Shown here: positions 1-9,101 of the stretch, one piece after another | How the letters are laid out: every line of letters begins with the position of its first letter | Position numbering within the stretch: the stretch's first letter is position 1 | Assembly: GCA_963806535.1 (NCBI GenBank) | Contig: CAWDYC010000007.1 | Span: forward strand, 224,001 to 288,000 | DNA: 64,000 nucleotides | Source: Candidatus Bathyarchaeota archaeon | GTDB lineage: Archaea; Thermoproteota; Bathyarchaeia; Bathyarchaeales; Bathycorpusculaceae | Direction: 5' to 3' | Translations under genes and position numbers: made by a program | The notes under the pieces: generated by a model | What the model was told of the DNA's origin: nothing | Seen by the model: the letters and a program-made list of their open reading frames with translations, nothing else | Databases searched by the model: none

Positions 1-897
1 TTTTTCGAGAAACTGCAGAGTTTTCTTGACTATTTCAGTGAAAACAATTGCTGTTGGCAGATTGGGGTTCTCTTCTATGAATGGTATTCCAGTGTCCGAG
101 TCATTACATACCTTTGGGTCTATTGGTATGTTTCCTAAGTAGGGCACTGCCAAATCTTCCGCTATTCTTTTGCCGCCTCCGGACCTGAAAATATCGATTT
201 TTTTTCCACAGTCAGGGCAAACGTATCCGCTTAAGTTTTCGATAATCCCGATTATTGGAACGCCGACTTGTTTAGCAAAAGTTACTGATTTCTTGACCAC
301 AGCTTCTGAAACCTCTGAAGGCATCGTCACTATGACTACACCGTCCATATCTGGTATTAATTGCATAACAGTTAATGGTTCATCTCCAGTTCCAGGGGGG
401 AGATCTACAAAGAGATAATCTAATTCGCCCCAAACCACATCTGATAGGAACTGTTGGATAAGCCTCATCTTTAAGGGACCGCGCCAAATCACTGGTGTCT
501 CGTCGTTTTTAAGTAAAAAGTCCATTGACGCCACCTTTACTCCTAGGCGACCCGTAACTGGCAAGAACCCTCCGTCAGGTATCCCTGTAAGTGTTTGTCC
601 TTTTAGACCCAGCATCTTTGGGATACATGGACCATGAATGTCTGCGTCAAGAACGCCGACTCTATTGCCTCGAGCCGCGAATGCCATTGCCAGATTTGCT
701 GTTACCGTGCTTTTGCCTACTCCGCCTTTTCCGCTGATTACAGCAATTTTATATTTAATTTTTTTCAGTTGCTGTTTTAATTTTTGCTGTTTTTGGTATT
801 CTTGTTTTTTGGCGTCGTTGCATTGATCTGATGTATTGCATGAATCACATTCTTCAGTGCATTCGTTTGCCTTTTTTTGTTTAATAATGCTTGCCAT
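1..897 (-). CDS. Mrp/NBP35 (ApbC) family Fe-S cluster carrier ATPase, runs off the left edge
   Basis: Manual translation from ATG at 897: N-terminal Cys cluster (CTEECDSC...C), deviant Walker A SGKGGVGKST, LDADIHGP, WRGP, DLPPGTGD, CPDC. Open to base 1; not in the ORF track because it is incomplete. Confidence 0.93.
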   Translation of the reverse strand, partial: MASIIKQKKANECTEECDSCNTSDQCNDAKKQEYQKQQKLKQQLKKIKYKIAVISGKGGVGKSTVTANLAMAFAARGNRVGVLDADIHGPCIPKMLGLKGQTLTGIPDGGFLPVTGRLGVKVASMDFLLKNDETPVIWRGPLKMRLIQQFLSDVVWGELDYLFVDLPPGTGDEPLTVMQLIPDMDGVVIVTMPSEVSEAVVKKSVTFAKQVGVPIIGIIENLSGYVCPDCGKKIDIFRSGGGKRIAEDLAVPYLGNIPIDPKVCNDSDTGIPFIEENPNLPTAIVFTEIVKKTLQFLEK

Positions 898-921
898 TCT
901 TCAAACACTTGAGTGAAAATA

Positions 922-967
922 GTTTAATAACTAAATAGTATTAATACATTTTGTTTATAAAATAAAC
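922..967. promoter_or_regulatory. Dual 15-bp inverted-repeat operator flanking a palindromic TATA-like box (copy 1)
   Basis: GTTTAATAACTAAAT-AG-TATTAATA-CATTTT-GTTTATAAAATAAAC; same spacing as copies at 2226, 4828 and 7418. Confidence 0.8.
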
Positions 968-1019
968 CATTTACCTGAATTAAACAGCATTAGCCCTCGA
1001 AAAAAGTGAGGGAACGGCC

Positions 1020-2198
1020 TTACAAATTGAATGCTTCCTTAAGCACTTGCACCTTATCAGTTCTTTCCCATGTGAATTCTGGTTCTTCTCGCCCAAAATG
1101 CCCAAACGCCGCTGTTTTTCTATAAATGGGCCTCAAAAGGTCTAGTTGCTTAATGATTGCCTTAGGTCGCATGTCAAAGGTTTTATTCACTAGTTCAAGA
1201 ATTTTTTCATTTGAGGTTTTGCCTGTACCAAATGTGTTTATCATCACAGAAACTGGTTGAGCAACACCGATGGCATAGCATATTTGGACTTCACATTGAT
1301 CCGCTAAACCTGCTGCAACAATGTTCTTGGCGATATACCTCGCCATATAGCAACCGCTCCTATCAACTTTCGACGGGTCCTTTCCGGAGAAGCATCCGCC
1401 ACCATGCCGTCCAACACCGCCATAGGTGTCAACGATTATTTTTCGACCCGTTAAACCTGAATCCGCTAAAGTGCCTCCAACAATAAATTGCCCTGTACCA
1501 TTAACGATGAATTTTGTTTCTTGGGTAAGCATGTTGGCAGGGATGACTTTTTTTATCACCTGGTTAATTATATCTTCACGCATTCTTTCTCTTTCAATAG
1601 CTGTTGTGTGCTGTGCAGCGATTACTACTGTCATAACTCTAGTGGGTTTCCCATTAACATATTCAACTGTAACTTGAGATTTACCGTCTGGTCGCAAATA
1701 GGGTAAAACTTTGCTTTTTCTGCATTCGGCCAAACGCTTAACAAGTTTGTGAGATAGCATTATGGGCAAGGGCATTAACTCCTCTGTTTCATTTGAAGCG
1801 TAACCAAACACCATGCCTTGATCACCAGCACCTTGTTCGTGATCGGTGGTTTCATTTACGCCTGCCGCGATATCCGGCGACTGTTCCGTGAAAGAGGTTA
1901 AAACACCGCATGTTTCACAATCCAGCCCGTCTTTAGCGTTGTCAAAACCAATTTCCTTTAGCGTTGCTCTGATTACTTGTGGGATGGATACATAGCAAGA
2001 TGTTGTGATTTGTCCAGTAACAATTATGTTCCCTTGCATCACTAACGTTTCGCAGTCGACCCTTGCGTTTGGGTCTTTACTTATTATGGCGTCTAGGACG
2101 CTGTCAGACACTTGGTCTGCTACTTTGTCAGGGTGTCCTTCTGCGACAGATTCTGATGAAAATAAATATCGTTCTGTTTCTTTGCTCGAAGTACTCAA
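1020..2198 (-). CDS. metK: S-adenosylmethionine synthetase, bacterial/eukaryotic type
   Basis: [31 protein letters not shown] and [16 protein letters not shown] signatures. Confidence 0.97.
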   Translation of the reverse strand: MSTSSKETERYLFSSESVAEGHPDKVADQVSDSVLDAIISKDPNARVDCETLVMQGNIIVTGQITTSCYVSIPQVIRATLKEIGFDNAKDGLDCETCGVLTSFTEQSPDIAAGVNETTDHEQGAGDQGMVFGYASNETEELMPLPIMLSHKLVKRLAECRKSKVLPYLRPDGKSQVTVEYVNGKPTRVMTVVIAAQHTTAIERERMREDIINQVIKKVIPANMLTQETKFIVNGTGQFIVGGTLADSGLTGRKIIVDTYGGVGRHGGGCFSGKDPSKVDRSGCYMARYIAKNIVAAGLADQCEVQICYAIGVAQPVSVMINTFGTGKTSNEKILELVNKTFDMRPKAIIKQLDLLRPIYRKTAAFGHFGREEPEFTWERTDKVQVLKEAFNL

Positions 2199-2225
2199 TT
2201 TCTTTCACCTTAATGCTAAACAAAA

Positions 2226-2271
2226 GTTTAATAGATAAACATCATTAATACTTTGTGTTTATAAAGTAAAC
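2226..2271. promoter_or_regulatory. Dual operator/TATA element (copy 2) between divergent metK and Lrp
   Basis: GTTTAATAGATAAAC-AT-CATTAATA-CTTTGT-GTTTATAAAGTAAAC; ends 1 nt before the Lrp GTG start. Confidence 0.8.
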
Positions 2272-2272
2272 A

Positions 2273-2851
2273 GTGATTGCTTTGGACGAAAAAGGCAAGA
2301 AAATAATCACCATGCTTCAAGAAGATGGCCGAACAACATTAAAAGAAATAGCTAAAAATATTGACTTAACGAGCATGGGCACCAAGAAACGACTTGAAAA
2401 GCTTCTGAAAAACGGAACAATAAAAGTGTCAGCTCTGATTAACTCAAACGCCCTTGAACTTCACCCAGCCATAGTCATGTTAGAAATGGATAGTGCTGAA
2501 GCAATGCAGCAACTCCTTGACCGGTTTGAAGAGTGCCCACGAATAATACAGATATTCAAAACCGTAGGAGGCTTCAACCTTATAGCCATAGTTATAGCAG
2601 AAAACCCCCAAACTCTTGAAAGCATATCTATGGAAAAATGCTCAATGAGAAGCGGTCCTGGAATACGCCGCTCCGAATTCTATTCAATAAGCGAAATGTT
2701 CTTTTCGCCTTTCCTTCAGATACGGGAAGACTTAGCACAACAAGAAAAGAAAGCAGCACCATGTAAAGTTGATTGTGACCCATGTAATCGGTATGAAAAC
2801 AAGAAATGTGTTGGATGCCCTACAACCACATGTTACCGGGGAACTCTATAG
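2273..2851 (+). CDS. Lrp/AsnC family regulator with C-terminal Cys-rich (DUF3795-like) tail, paralog 1
   Basis: N-terminal LDEKGKKIITMLQEDGR HTH, RAM-like domain, tail CKVDCDPCNRYENKKCVGCP. Confidence 0.9.
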   Translation: MIALDEKGKKIITMLQEDGRTTLKEIAKNIDLTSMGTKKRLEKLLKNGTIKVSALINSNALELHPAIVMLEMDSAEAMQQLLDRFEECPRIIQIFKTVGGFNLIAIVIAENPQTLESISMEKCSMRSGPGIRRSEFYSISEMFFSPFLQIREDLAQQEKKAAPCKVDCDPCNRYENKKCVGCPTTTCYRGTL

Positions 2852-2866
2852 CAAGAGAATGAACTT

Positions 2867-3015
2867 TTGGCTGACGAATCAGGAGAGTTGAAAGAGGTAT
2901 CGAAAATAGAAATTGTTTCTTTAATGATAATATAGCCAGATTTTCTCTCAAGGGATTGGAACCCACAACTGGAATATCTACTGCCTTGCCGAACATAACA
3001 TTTCAAATAATAATG
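2867..3015 (+). pseudogene. Degraded 5' remnant of an MBL-fold hydrolase (copy of 8059..9036)
   Basis: Reads ELKEVSKIEIVSLM..DFLS..AEHNIS with stops and frameshifts, versus [28 protein letters not shown] in the intact copy; same position downstream of an Lrp paralog. Confidence 0.7.
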
Positions 3016-3072
3016 TTAGTGAAAACTTTCCGGAGCGTTAAATAATAAATTAAATTCAGGTGTGGAATTGAT

Positions 3073-3486
3073 ATGGACAAAAAAAGACCTTTATACATTT
3101 TGCCTTGACGATGCACTTTCGCCTGTAACTTCAACTGTGTACATTGCCTGTCCGCAGAAAAACCTATAGCTCAAGACGAAATAAGCACTGAAGAAGCAAA
3201 AAGAATCGTTGACCAAGCGTATGAGTTTGGCTCAAGTCTCTTTGGGGTAACCGGTGGAGAAGCCTTATTGCGCAAAGACCTCTTCGAAGTAATAGCTTAT
3301 GCCCGTAAGGTTGGCATATGCACATGCATCAGTACTGATGGTCGTCTCCTCGACAATAAAGCGTATGAAAAGATAGCCCGAAATGAAGTAAAAGTGTACA
3401 TCAGTATAGATGGTTGCGAAACCACAAATGATTTAGTGTGAGGAAAGGGGACCTACACTGCAGCTATTTTTTACCATAGAACCTAA
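3073..3486 (+). pseudogene. Truncated radical SAM gene with two in-frame TGA stops
   Basis: MDKKRPLYILP*RCTFACNFNCVHC...GVTGGEALLRKD...ISIDG..TNDLV*GKG; TGA at 3106 and 3439; similar to the N-terminal half of 3556..4662. Confidence 0.85.
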
Positions 3487-3555
3487 ATCGCCGGCTTGTT
3501 CAGCTAAAACGTGCAAGAGCGGAAGATCAAAAATGAAAAGATGTAAAAAGAAGAT

Positions 3556-4662
3556 TTAGTTTATTTTCGCTAGCGGATTCTTGCGGAGTTCTTCAAACAT
3601 TTTGGGATCTTCGCGCAAAATTTTGGGTACATAGTTGCATGCTGGGTCTGATGCGAAGAGGTCACCGGTATAGAATTCAGCCCGTGTTCTGCATCCACCG
3701 CAGATTTCTCTGTACTCGCACACTCCGCATTTACCATTGAGGTTGCTTTTGTCACGCAGTTTAAGGTGGAACTCGCTCTTCTGCAATTGCTCCCATGCGG
3801 TGCGCAGCTTTGTATCCTTGACGTTGCCCACGCGGTAACCTTCGTTGAATCCACAACTACGATAATCTCCGTTTTCTGTAATGCCAATATAGTTGCCCCC
3901 GATTGTGCATCTACCCAAGTAACCTTCGTTGAACCAGTCCCAAAAGTCCACACTGTTCTTCTGTTTGACTATACGGGCGTAGAATGGTGCGTAGACGTTA
4001 ACTTTGACTTTTCCATAGAGTCTCCGTTGGATTTCATAGATTTCATCGAATGCAACCTCATATTGCTCTGGTGTTGGAGCAAGGTCGATCATGTTTGTTC
4101 CTGCTCTGCCCACAGGAACGAGGTTGTGGTAAACGGCTGAGCGAGCATGATATTGTTCAGCTAAGGCTGCGGTATGGGATAGTTCATGAATGTTATACCT
4201 GGTCATGGTCGTAACTAGGCAGTCCAGTAGTCCTACGCTACTAAGCTTCTGTATAGCGTGGAGGGCTTTGTCATAGCCGCCCTGCCGTCTAATCTTGTCG
4301 TTTGTGGCTTTAGTGCCGTCAATGCTGATAGCAGTCTTCACATTGTACTTTGTCAGTTTATTGAAGCGTTCTTCATCCCAAGCATAACCGCTGGTGATTA
4401 AACTTACGTTGAGCCCATGTTCTTTCTCCGCATACTCGATAATTTCCCATATGTCTGGCCGAATCAATGGCTCTCCGCCGCTGATTCCAAACCATTTGGA
4501 ACCGAAAGCAGCAATTTCATCAACCATATGTTTGGCTTGCGTAGTTGTGAGCTCTTGGTCTTTAGCGTATTCTTTTGTGTAACTGCAATATGTGCAAGTG
4601 CCAACACAGTTGCGGGTACAGCGCCAAACAACCATAAACAAGGGGACCGTGGTAGGATTCAT
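3556..4662 (-). CDS. Radical SAM/SPASM protein (NirJ/Ahb/PqqE-like family)
   Basis: CxxxCxxC (CVGTCTYC), SGGEP, SPASM motif C...GDYRSC...CGVCEYREICGGCR...DPAC. Confidence 0.9.
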   Translation of the reverse strand: MNPTTVPLFMVVWRCTRNCVGTCTYCSYTKEYAKDQELTTTQAKHMVDEIAAFGSKWFGISGGEPLIRPDIWEIIEYAEKEHGLNVSLITSGYAWDEERFNKLTKYNVKTAISIDGTKATNDKIRRQGGYDKALHAIQKLSSVGLLDCLVTTMTRYNIHELSHTAALAEQYHARSAVYHNLVPVGRAGTNMIDLAPTPEQYEVAFDEIYEIQRRLYGKVKVNVYAPFYARIVKQKNSVDFWDWFNEGYLGRCTIGGNYIGITENGDYRSCGFNEGYRVGNVKDTKLRTAWEQLQKSEFHLKLRDKSNLNGKCGVCEYREICGGCRTRAEFYTGDLFASDPACNYVPKILREDPKMFEELRKNPLAKIN

Positions 4663-4794
4663 TTAATTCAGGGTCCCATAAGGCTCTTCCCAAGAATCAG
4701 TAACAACCTTTCCTACTGATAATTCCAAGTTTTTTGCGTAACCAATACTATTGTTTAGGTCACCAATTTTTAAATGTAAATTTTTGCTTGTCAA
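4663..4794 (-). CDS. 43-aa small ORF; possible remnant of a CODH/ACS alpha (CdhA) N-terminus, or a peptide precursor
   Basis: TTG start with GAGGGG upstream; MTSKNLHLKIGDLNNSIGYAKNLELSVGKVVTDSWEEPYGTLN; its TAA directly abuts the radical SAM ATG. Confidence 0.55.
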   Translation of the reverse strand: MTSKNLHLKIGDLNNSIGYAKNLELSVGKVVTDSWEEPYGTLN

Positions 4795-4827
4795 CTTTTT
4801 CCCCTCGTAGTTGCACTTTGAAAAGCA

Positions 4828-4873
4828 GTTTAATAGCTAAACATTATTAATATATTGCGCTTATAAAATAAAC
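4828..4873. promoter_or_regulatory. Dual operator/TATA element (copy 3)
   Basis: GTTTAATAGCTAAAC-AT-TATTAATA-TATTGC-GCTTATAAAATAAAC. Confidence 0.8.
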
Positions 4874-5195
4874 TAACAACCATGATTCTATCGTGTCAGC
4901 CGGTTTGGGGTAAACGCCTAAATTGTGCGAGGTTATTCTTCGAAAGAGGGATTAGCGCTTCAGGGATAAATGAACTAATATACATGCCCATCCGAGTTGT
5001 TCGATCTCCTTTTTAGAAACCTGAAGGAGCGCCTACACAAGAGGCGGCGTCAAGGCGTACCAAGAGAACACAATGACAAATCAACCAAGCAGGCAAACGT
5101 CTCTGAGGAATGTATCTCTTATGTGCAAGCTTATAACCTAAAGGATATCAATATTTTTTGTTTGAACAATAAATTGAAAAGTATTCTCGTCTGTT

Positions 5196-7373
5196 TTAAA
5201 ATAGGCTATTAAGGTTTGCAATGGATTTCTTTCTCAAAGCTGTATAGATCAAGATTACTGACGCTATAATAATTACTGAAACAATTATTGCGAAGAACCA
5301 CCATTGACTCCACAAGCAAGGAGAGGATGAGTTCTTCGCAATATTGCTCATAGAGACCTCTGCCATGGCACCGCTAAATCCATGCCCGATATAAAGTTCG
5401 CTTCCTCGAATTATCGGCCCTGTAGGATTTTGCACGCCAGAAGTAACCACAATGCTTTGTTGTACTCCGTTGACATAGATGTGCATGCCTGTGTTGAGGC
5501 TGCGAGTGAAAGTTATGCGGATCCATTCGTTAAGAGGAATAGCAGAGGTAGTTGCTATTTCGTTAAACCCGCCTGTTTCAGTGGTTACATAACCTCTTAT
5601 GGCACCTACAGGCACCGCACTCCCATTTCCAGGCATTAATCCGTTTATGGATAAACCCAAGATTCGAGGAGGCAATTCGGAAGTATCACTAAGAGTACAC
5701 TTGACTATGATATTATTGTATGAATAGTTTTCAATTGCATTTACCTTTATCCACGCATCAATAGTCATTTCTCCGGTTGTATCTAAACTTGGGGAGACAT
5801 CCACGAACAAGTACTGGTTGTCCGTAAAGTTTAGCGCATAACCAAATTTGCCTTTAACAATTGCTAGAGTGTAGGATAAGTTGGTTTCATAGCCTACAAT
5901 AGCGGGGTTCTGGCCTGTAGAGTCTGATATTACTAGGTTTGGTTGGATTTTTCCAAAATTCCACTGGGCAATAAGATGATTTGACGATAACGGAGCAGGT
6001 AAAATTGCTGAAGGGGCTGCATCAAATGTCGATGCGTTGAAGGGCGACATGAGTGGATAGCCGTCGGTATTGTTGATGCCGACAATAAATGGCGTATCTC
6101 CTATTCCATCGCTTTCTGGCTGGTTCTGGTTTGGTCCTTTTTTCACGTCAGAGTCTGTATAATTACTCCAGTAGTTGCCTCCCGCTGGGTAGCCGTTGTC
6201 CCAAGATTGAATGTTATAGCCTGAACCAGTGAAGACGTTTTGGGAATTATTTATGAAATTGTTGTTATAGATTTTGTTGCTGCATGTAATGAAATTTGGC
6301 GCGATGTATATCCCTACAAGGTTATTCGCTATAGAATTAGCGATTATACTGTTACCAGAAGCTTGAATGTATATTCCGTTAACTCTATTTTCTGCTATAT
6401 TGTTTCGATAGATTACTGTGTTTGACGATCCAAGTTCTATTCCTCGCATGTTACCGGTAATATTATTATCAGATATTTGATCCAGATAACCGGTAAGTAC
6501 CACTCCAGCCCCATTTCTGTTGTTGCAAATTGTGTTATTGCATATTATTTTCGAAGAACCGCCGTACAGTGCGATACCGCCTTGAGTGTTAGCGGTTATA
6601 TTATTTTGTGAAATAGTTAGGTTAGATTTCCCGCCACCACAACAGACTACTCCCCAGGCAGTATTAACTATGTTATTTCCTATTATGGTGCAATTGTCCC
6701 CTCCTACGCTATTGCTTGGTATGGTTTCTTCACCTATTGTAATGCTGTTAAAGGTGCCCGCGCCTATGCTTATTCCATTGGCATAATAGGACGAGTTTGA
6801 GTAACTTTTACCTTCGATTGTGAGCCCTGAAATCTCAACGTCGTTAGCTCTAATTGTGAAAACGTTATCGCCAGGAGCACCGCCGCTTCCAACTACGAGG
6901 GTATTTTTGCTATCCTCACCGATAATCGATATTTGCTTATCAATTACTGGATTTTCATAGTAAATACCATCTTTGACATATATTGTGTCGCCTTGAGAAG
7001 CATTTCCAATTGCATCCAAAAGAGTTGGATAATCGTCTGGAACCAATATTGTGTTCCTTAAATGAGAAATCGCCCCGTTTTCATGAAATTTTGTTGTTTG
7101 TTGGTCAACAGGTGGCTGTTGAGCAATAGATTGACAAACATTTGCAGACAAGATTGAGTTAGAATTTCCAGTTGATCCATAACTCGCAAGTATTGAAAGA
7201 ATCAGTAAGACAACAATACAAACGCTAAAAACGACTTTATAATGTACATTTCCCCAACGCACGCTTTGAAAAGTCTTGTCCGAACTCTTTTTTCCCGTCA
7301 GGGAATTTGACTTTATTTTGGGTCGACTGTATTTCTTTACAGTTTTTTTAACATTTCGAATTTCTTTATTCAA
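5196..7373 (-). CDS. Membrane-anchored NosD/pectin-lyase-like beta-helix protein with LamG-like domain
   Basis: N-terminal hydrophobic helix, VPDDYPT..AI, Asn/Ile-rich PbH1 repeats, WDNGYPAGGNYWS, LamG-like jelly roll (TIDAWIK, HIYVNG), C-terminal TM helix plus basic tail. Confidence 0.85.
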   Translation of the reverse strand: MNKEIRNVKKTVKKYSRPKIKSNSLTGKKSSDKTFQSVRWGNVHYKVVFSVCIVVLLILSILASYGSTGNSNSILSANVCQSIAQQPPVDQQTTKFHENGAISHLRNTILVPDDYPTLLDAIGNASQGDTIYVKDGIYYENPVIDKQISIIGEDSKNTLVVGSGGAPGDNVFTIRANDVEISGLTIEGKSYSNSSYYANGISIGAGTFNSITIGEETIPSNSVGGDNCTIIGNNIVNTAWGVVCCGGGKSNLTISQNNITANTQGGIALYGGSSKIICNNTICNNRNGAGVVLTGYLDQISDNNITGNMRGIELGSSNTVIYRNNIAENRVNGIYIQASGNSIIANSIANNLVGIYIAPNFITCSNKIYNNNFINNSQNVFTGSGYNIQSWDNGYPAGGNYWSNYTDSDVKKGPNQNQPESDGIGDTPFIVGINNTDGYPLMSPFNASTFDAAPSAILPAPLSSNHLIAQWNFGKIQPNLVISDSTGQNPAIVGYETNLSYTLAIVKGKFGYALNFTDNQYLFVDVSPSLDTTGEMTIDAWIKVNAIENYSYNNIIVKCTLSDTSELPPRILGLSINGLMPGNGSAVPVGAIRGYVTTETGGFNEIATTSAIPLNEWIRITFTRSLNTGMHIYVNGVQQSIVVTSGVQNPTGPIIRGSELYIGHGFSGAMAEVSMSNIAKNSSSPCLWSQWWFFAIIVSVIIIASVILIYTALRKKSIANLNSLF

Positions 7374-7417
7374 CTAACAACCCTTGATTTGTTTGAGACT
7401 TGAGTTTTTAAGACAAA

Positions 7418-7463
7418 GTTTAACAGACAAACTTTATTAATACATATCGTTTATAAAATAAAC
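7418..7463. promoter_or_regulatory. Dual operator/TATA element (copy 4) between divergent beta-helix gene and Lrp
   Basis: GTTTAACAGACAAAC-TT-TATTAATA-CATATC-GTTTATAAAATAAAC. Confidence 0.8.
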
Positions 7464-7476
7464 TCGTGAATTTACT

Positions 7477-8046
7477 GTGGATGAAATTGATAAGAAAATA
7501 ATAGCGCAACTCCAAGCAGACGGGCGGATGACCTTACAGGAGCTTTCCAAATCCATCGGGTTCACAAGTATGGGAACCAAGAAAAGACTAGAGCGACTGC
7601 TGAAAAAAGGAACAATTAAAGTGTCAGCCCTCATAAATCCGAACGTGCTCCAACTTCACCTAGCAATCGTAATGCTTGAAATGGAGAGCGCAGAAGCAAT
7701 GCAGGAGCTCCTTAATCGATTTGAGCAGTGCCCCAGAATAGTTCAGATTTTTAAAACAGTGGGCGGTTACAACCTTATTGCGCTCGTGGTTGCAGAAACT
7801 TTAGAAACACTCGAAAGCATTTCTATGGAAAAATGCTCTCTCAGATGCAGCAAGGGTATACGCCGTTCAGAATTCTACCCCGTAAGCGAAACTTACTTTT
7901 CACCTTTCATTCAGATAAGAGAACAACTTGCAACAAAAGAAAACAAGGTTTCACCGTGCAAGGTTAATTGTGACCCTTGCAATCGATACGAGCTCCAAAA
8001 ATGTGTTGGTTGCCCAACCACAATAAATTACCGAGGAACTTTATAG
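7477..8046 (+). CDS. Lrp/AsnC family regulator with Cys-rich tail, paralog 2
   Basis: Close paralog of 2273..2851; identical TSMGTKKRLE helix; tail CKVNCDPCNRYELQKCVGCP. Confidence 0.9.
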   Translation: MDEIDKKIIAQLQADGRMTLQELSKSIGFTSMGTKKRLERLLKKGTIKVSALINPNVLQLHLAIVMLEMESAEAMQELLNRFEQCPRIVQIFKTVGGYNLIALVVAETLETLESISMEKCSLRCSKGIRRSEFYPVSETYFSPFIQIREQLATKENKVSPCKVNCDPCNRYELQKCVGCPTTINYRGTL

Positions 8047-8058
8047 TTGGGTTAGAAT

Positions 8059-9036
8059 TTGACAATAGAACCCGTAGACTTGAAAGAAGCATCAAAGCTA
8101 GAAATCATTTCCTTAATGGACAACAATGTAGATTTTCTTTCAAGCAATGTTAGAAAAGAAGCGCAATCGTTTCGGCACTGGACTAAAGACAAATTGGGAC
8201 CAGAGTGGGCTCACGTACATACAGAGTTGCCGTTTGCAGAGCACGGTTTTTCCATGCTAATTAGGGTTTTTCAAAATCAAGAAATGTGCACAATTCTTTT
8301 TGATACAGGCATTAGTTCTAACGGAGTCATTATTAATGCTGAGCGCATGGGCATTGATTTGAGTGAAGTTTCTTATGTTGTCCTTTCCCATGGTCATTAT
8401 GATCATTTTGGTGGATTGCAAGCAATAGTTAAAGTTGTTAACAAAATCGACTTGCCAATAATAGCTCACGATGACATGGTAAAACGTAGAGGAACCTCCA
8501 GTCTTAGTGGAGATTTAAGGGAGTATCCACTTTTTCCTAGTTTAGAACAGTTAACTCCAGCAAAAATCGTTAAAACAAAAAAGCCGTATTTAATTGCCAA
8601 TGATTTGGCGTGCATTACTGGAGAAATTCCAAGAAAAACAACTTTTGAAAAGGGGTTAACGCAAAATAAAACTTATAGTGAAAACTCTTGGAAGACCGAC
8701 CTATTCCTGGATGACCGTGCCTTAGTCATTAATATCAAAGACAGAGGCTTGGTTATCATTTCTGGGTGTGCTCACTCTGGGATTATAAACACCGTACGAT
8801 ATGCTCAACATATTACTGGATTAACAAAGGTTTACGCAATATTTGGCGGCTTTCATTTAGCTGGAAAAGAATTTGAGAAGAGAATTGAACCTACGATAGA
8901 AGGGCTAAAAGACATAAATCCTGAATTAATAGTACCCTCACATTGCACAGGATGGCGAGCATTAATTCGAATAGCTCAAGTGTTCCCAAATGCCTTTGTT
9001 TACAATAGCGTTGGAAATATTTACCAATTCGAATAA
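8059..9036 (+). CDS. MBL-fold metallo-hydrolase (MJ0301-like family, often annotated as a methanopterin-pathway synthase)
   Basis: [38 protein letters not shown]. Confidence 0.85.
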   Translation: MTIEPVDLKEASKLEIISLMDNNVDFLSSNVRKEAQSFRHWTKDKLGPEWAHVHTELPFAEHGFSMLIRVFQNQEMCTILFDTGISSNGVIINAERMGIDLSEVSYVVLSHGHYDHFGGLQAIVKVVNKIDLPIIAHDDMVKRRGTSSLSGDLREYPLFPSLEQLTPAKIVKTKKPYLIANDLACITGEIPRKTTFEKGLTQNKTYSENSWKTDLFLDDRALVINIKDRGLVIISGCAHSGIINTVRYAQHITGLTKVYAIFGGFHLAGKEFEKRIEPTIEGLKDINPELIVPSHCTGWRALIRIAQVFPNAFVYNSVGNIYQFE

Positions 9037-9101
9037 CAGCTTTTTCTAAAGATGGACTTGAGGATTATAAACGCAAAAAGACTCAATCGAAGACGAGCAA
9101 T

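Noticed and set aside
3106-3441. Selenocysteine or Trp recoding of two in-frame TGA codons
   Set aside because: The positions correspond to Trp and Arg, not Cys; the gene is also truncated; TGA is a normal stop elsewhere in the window.
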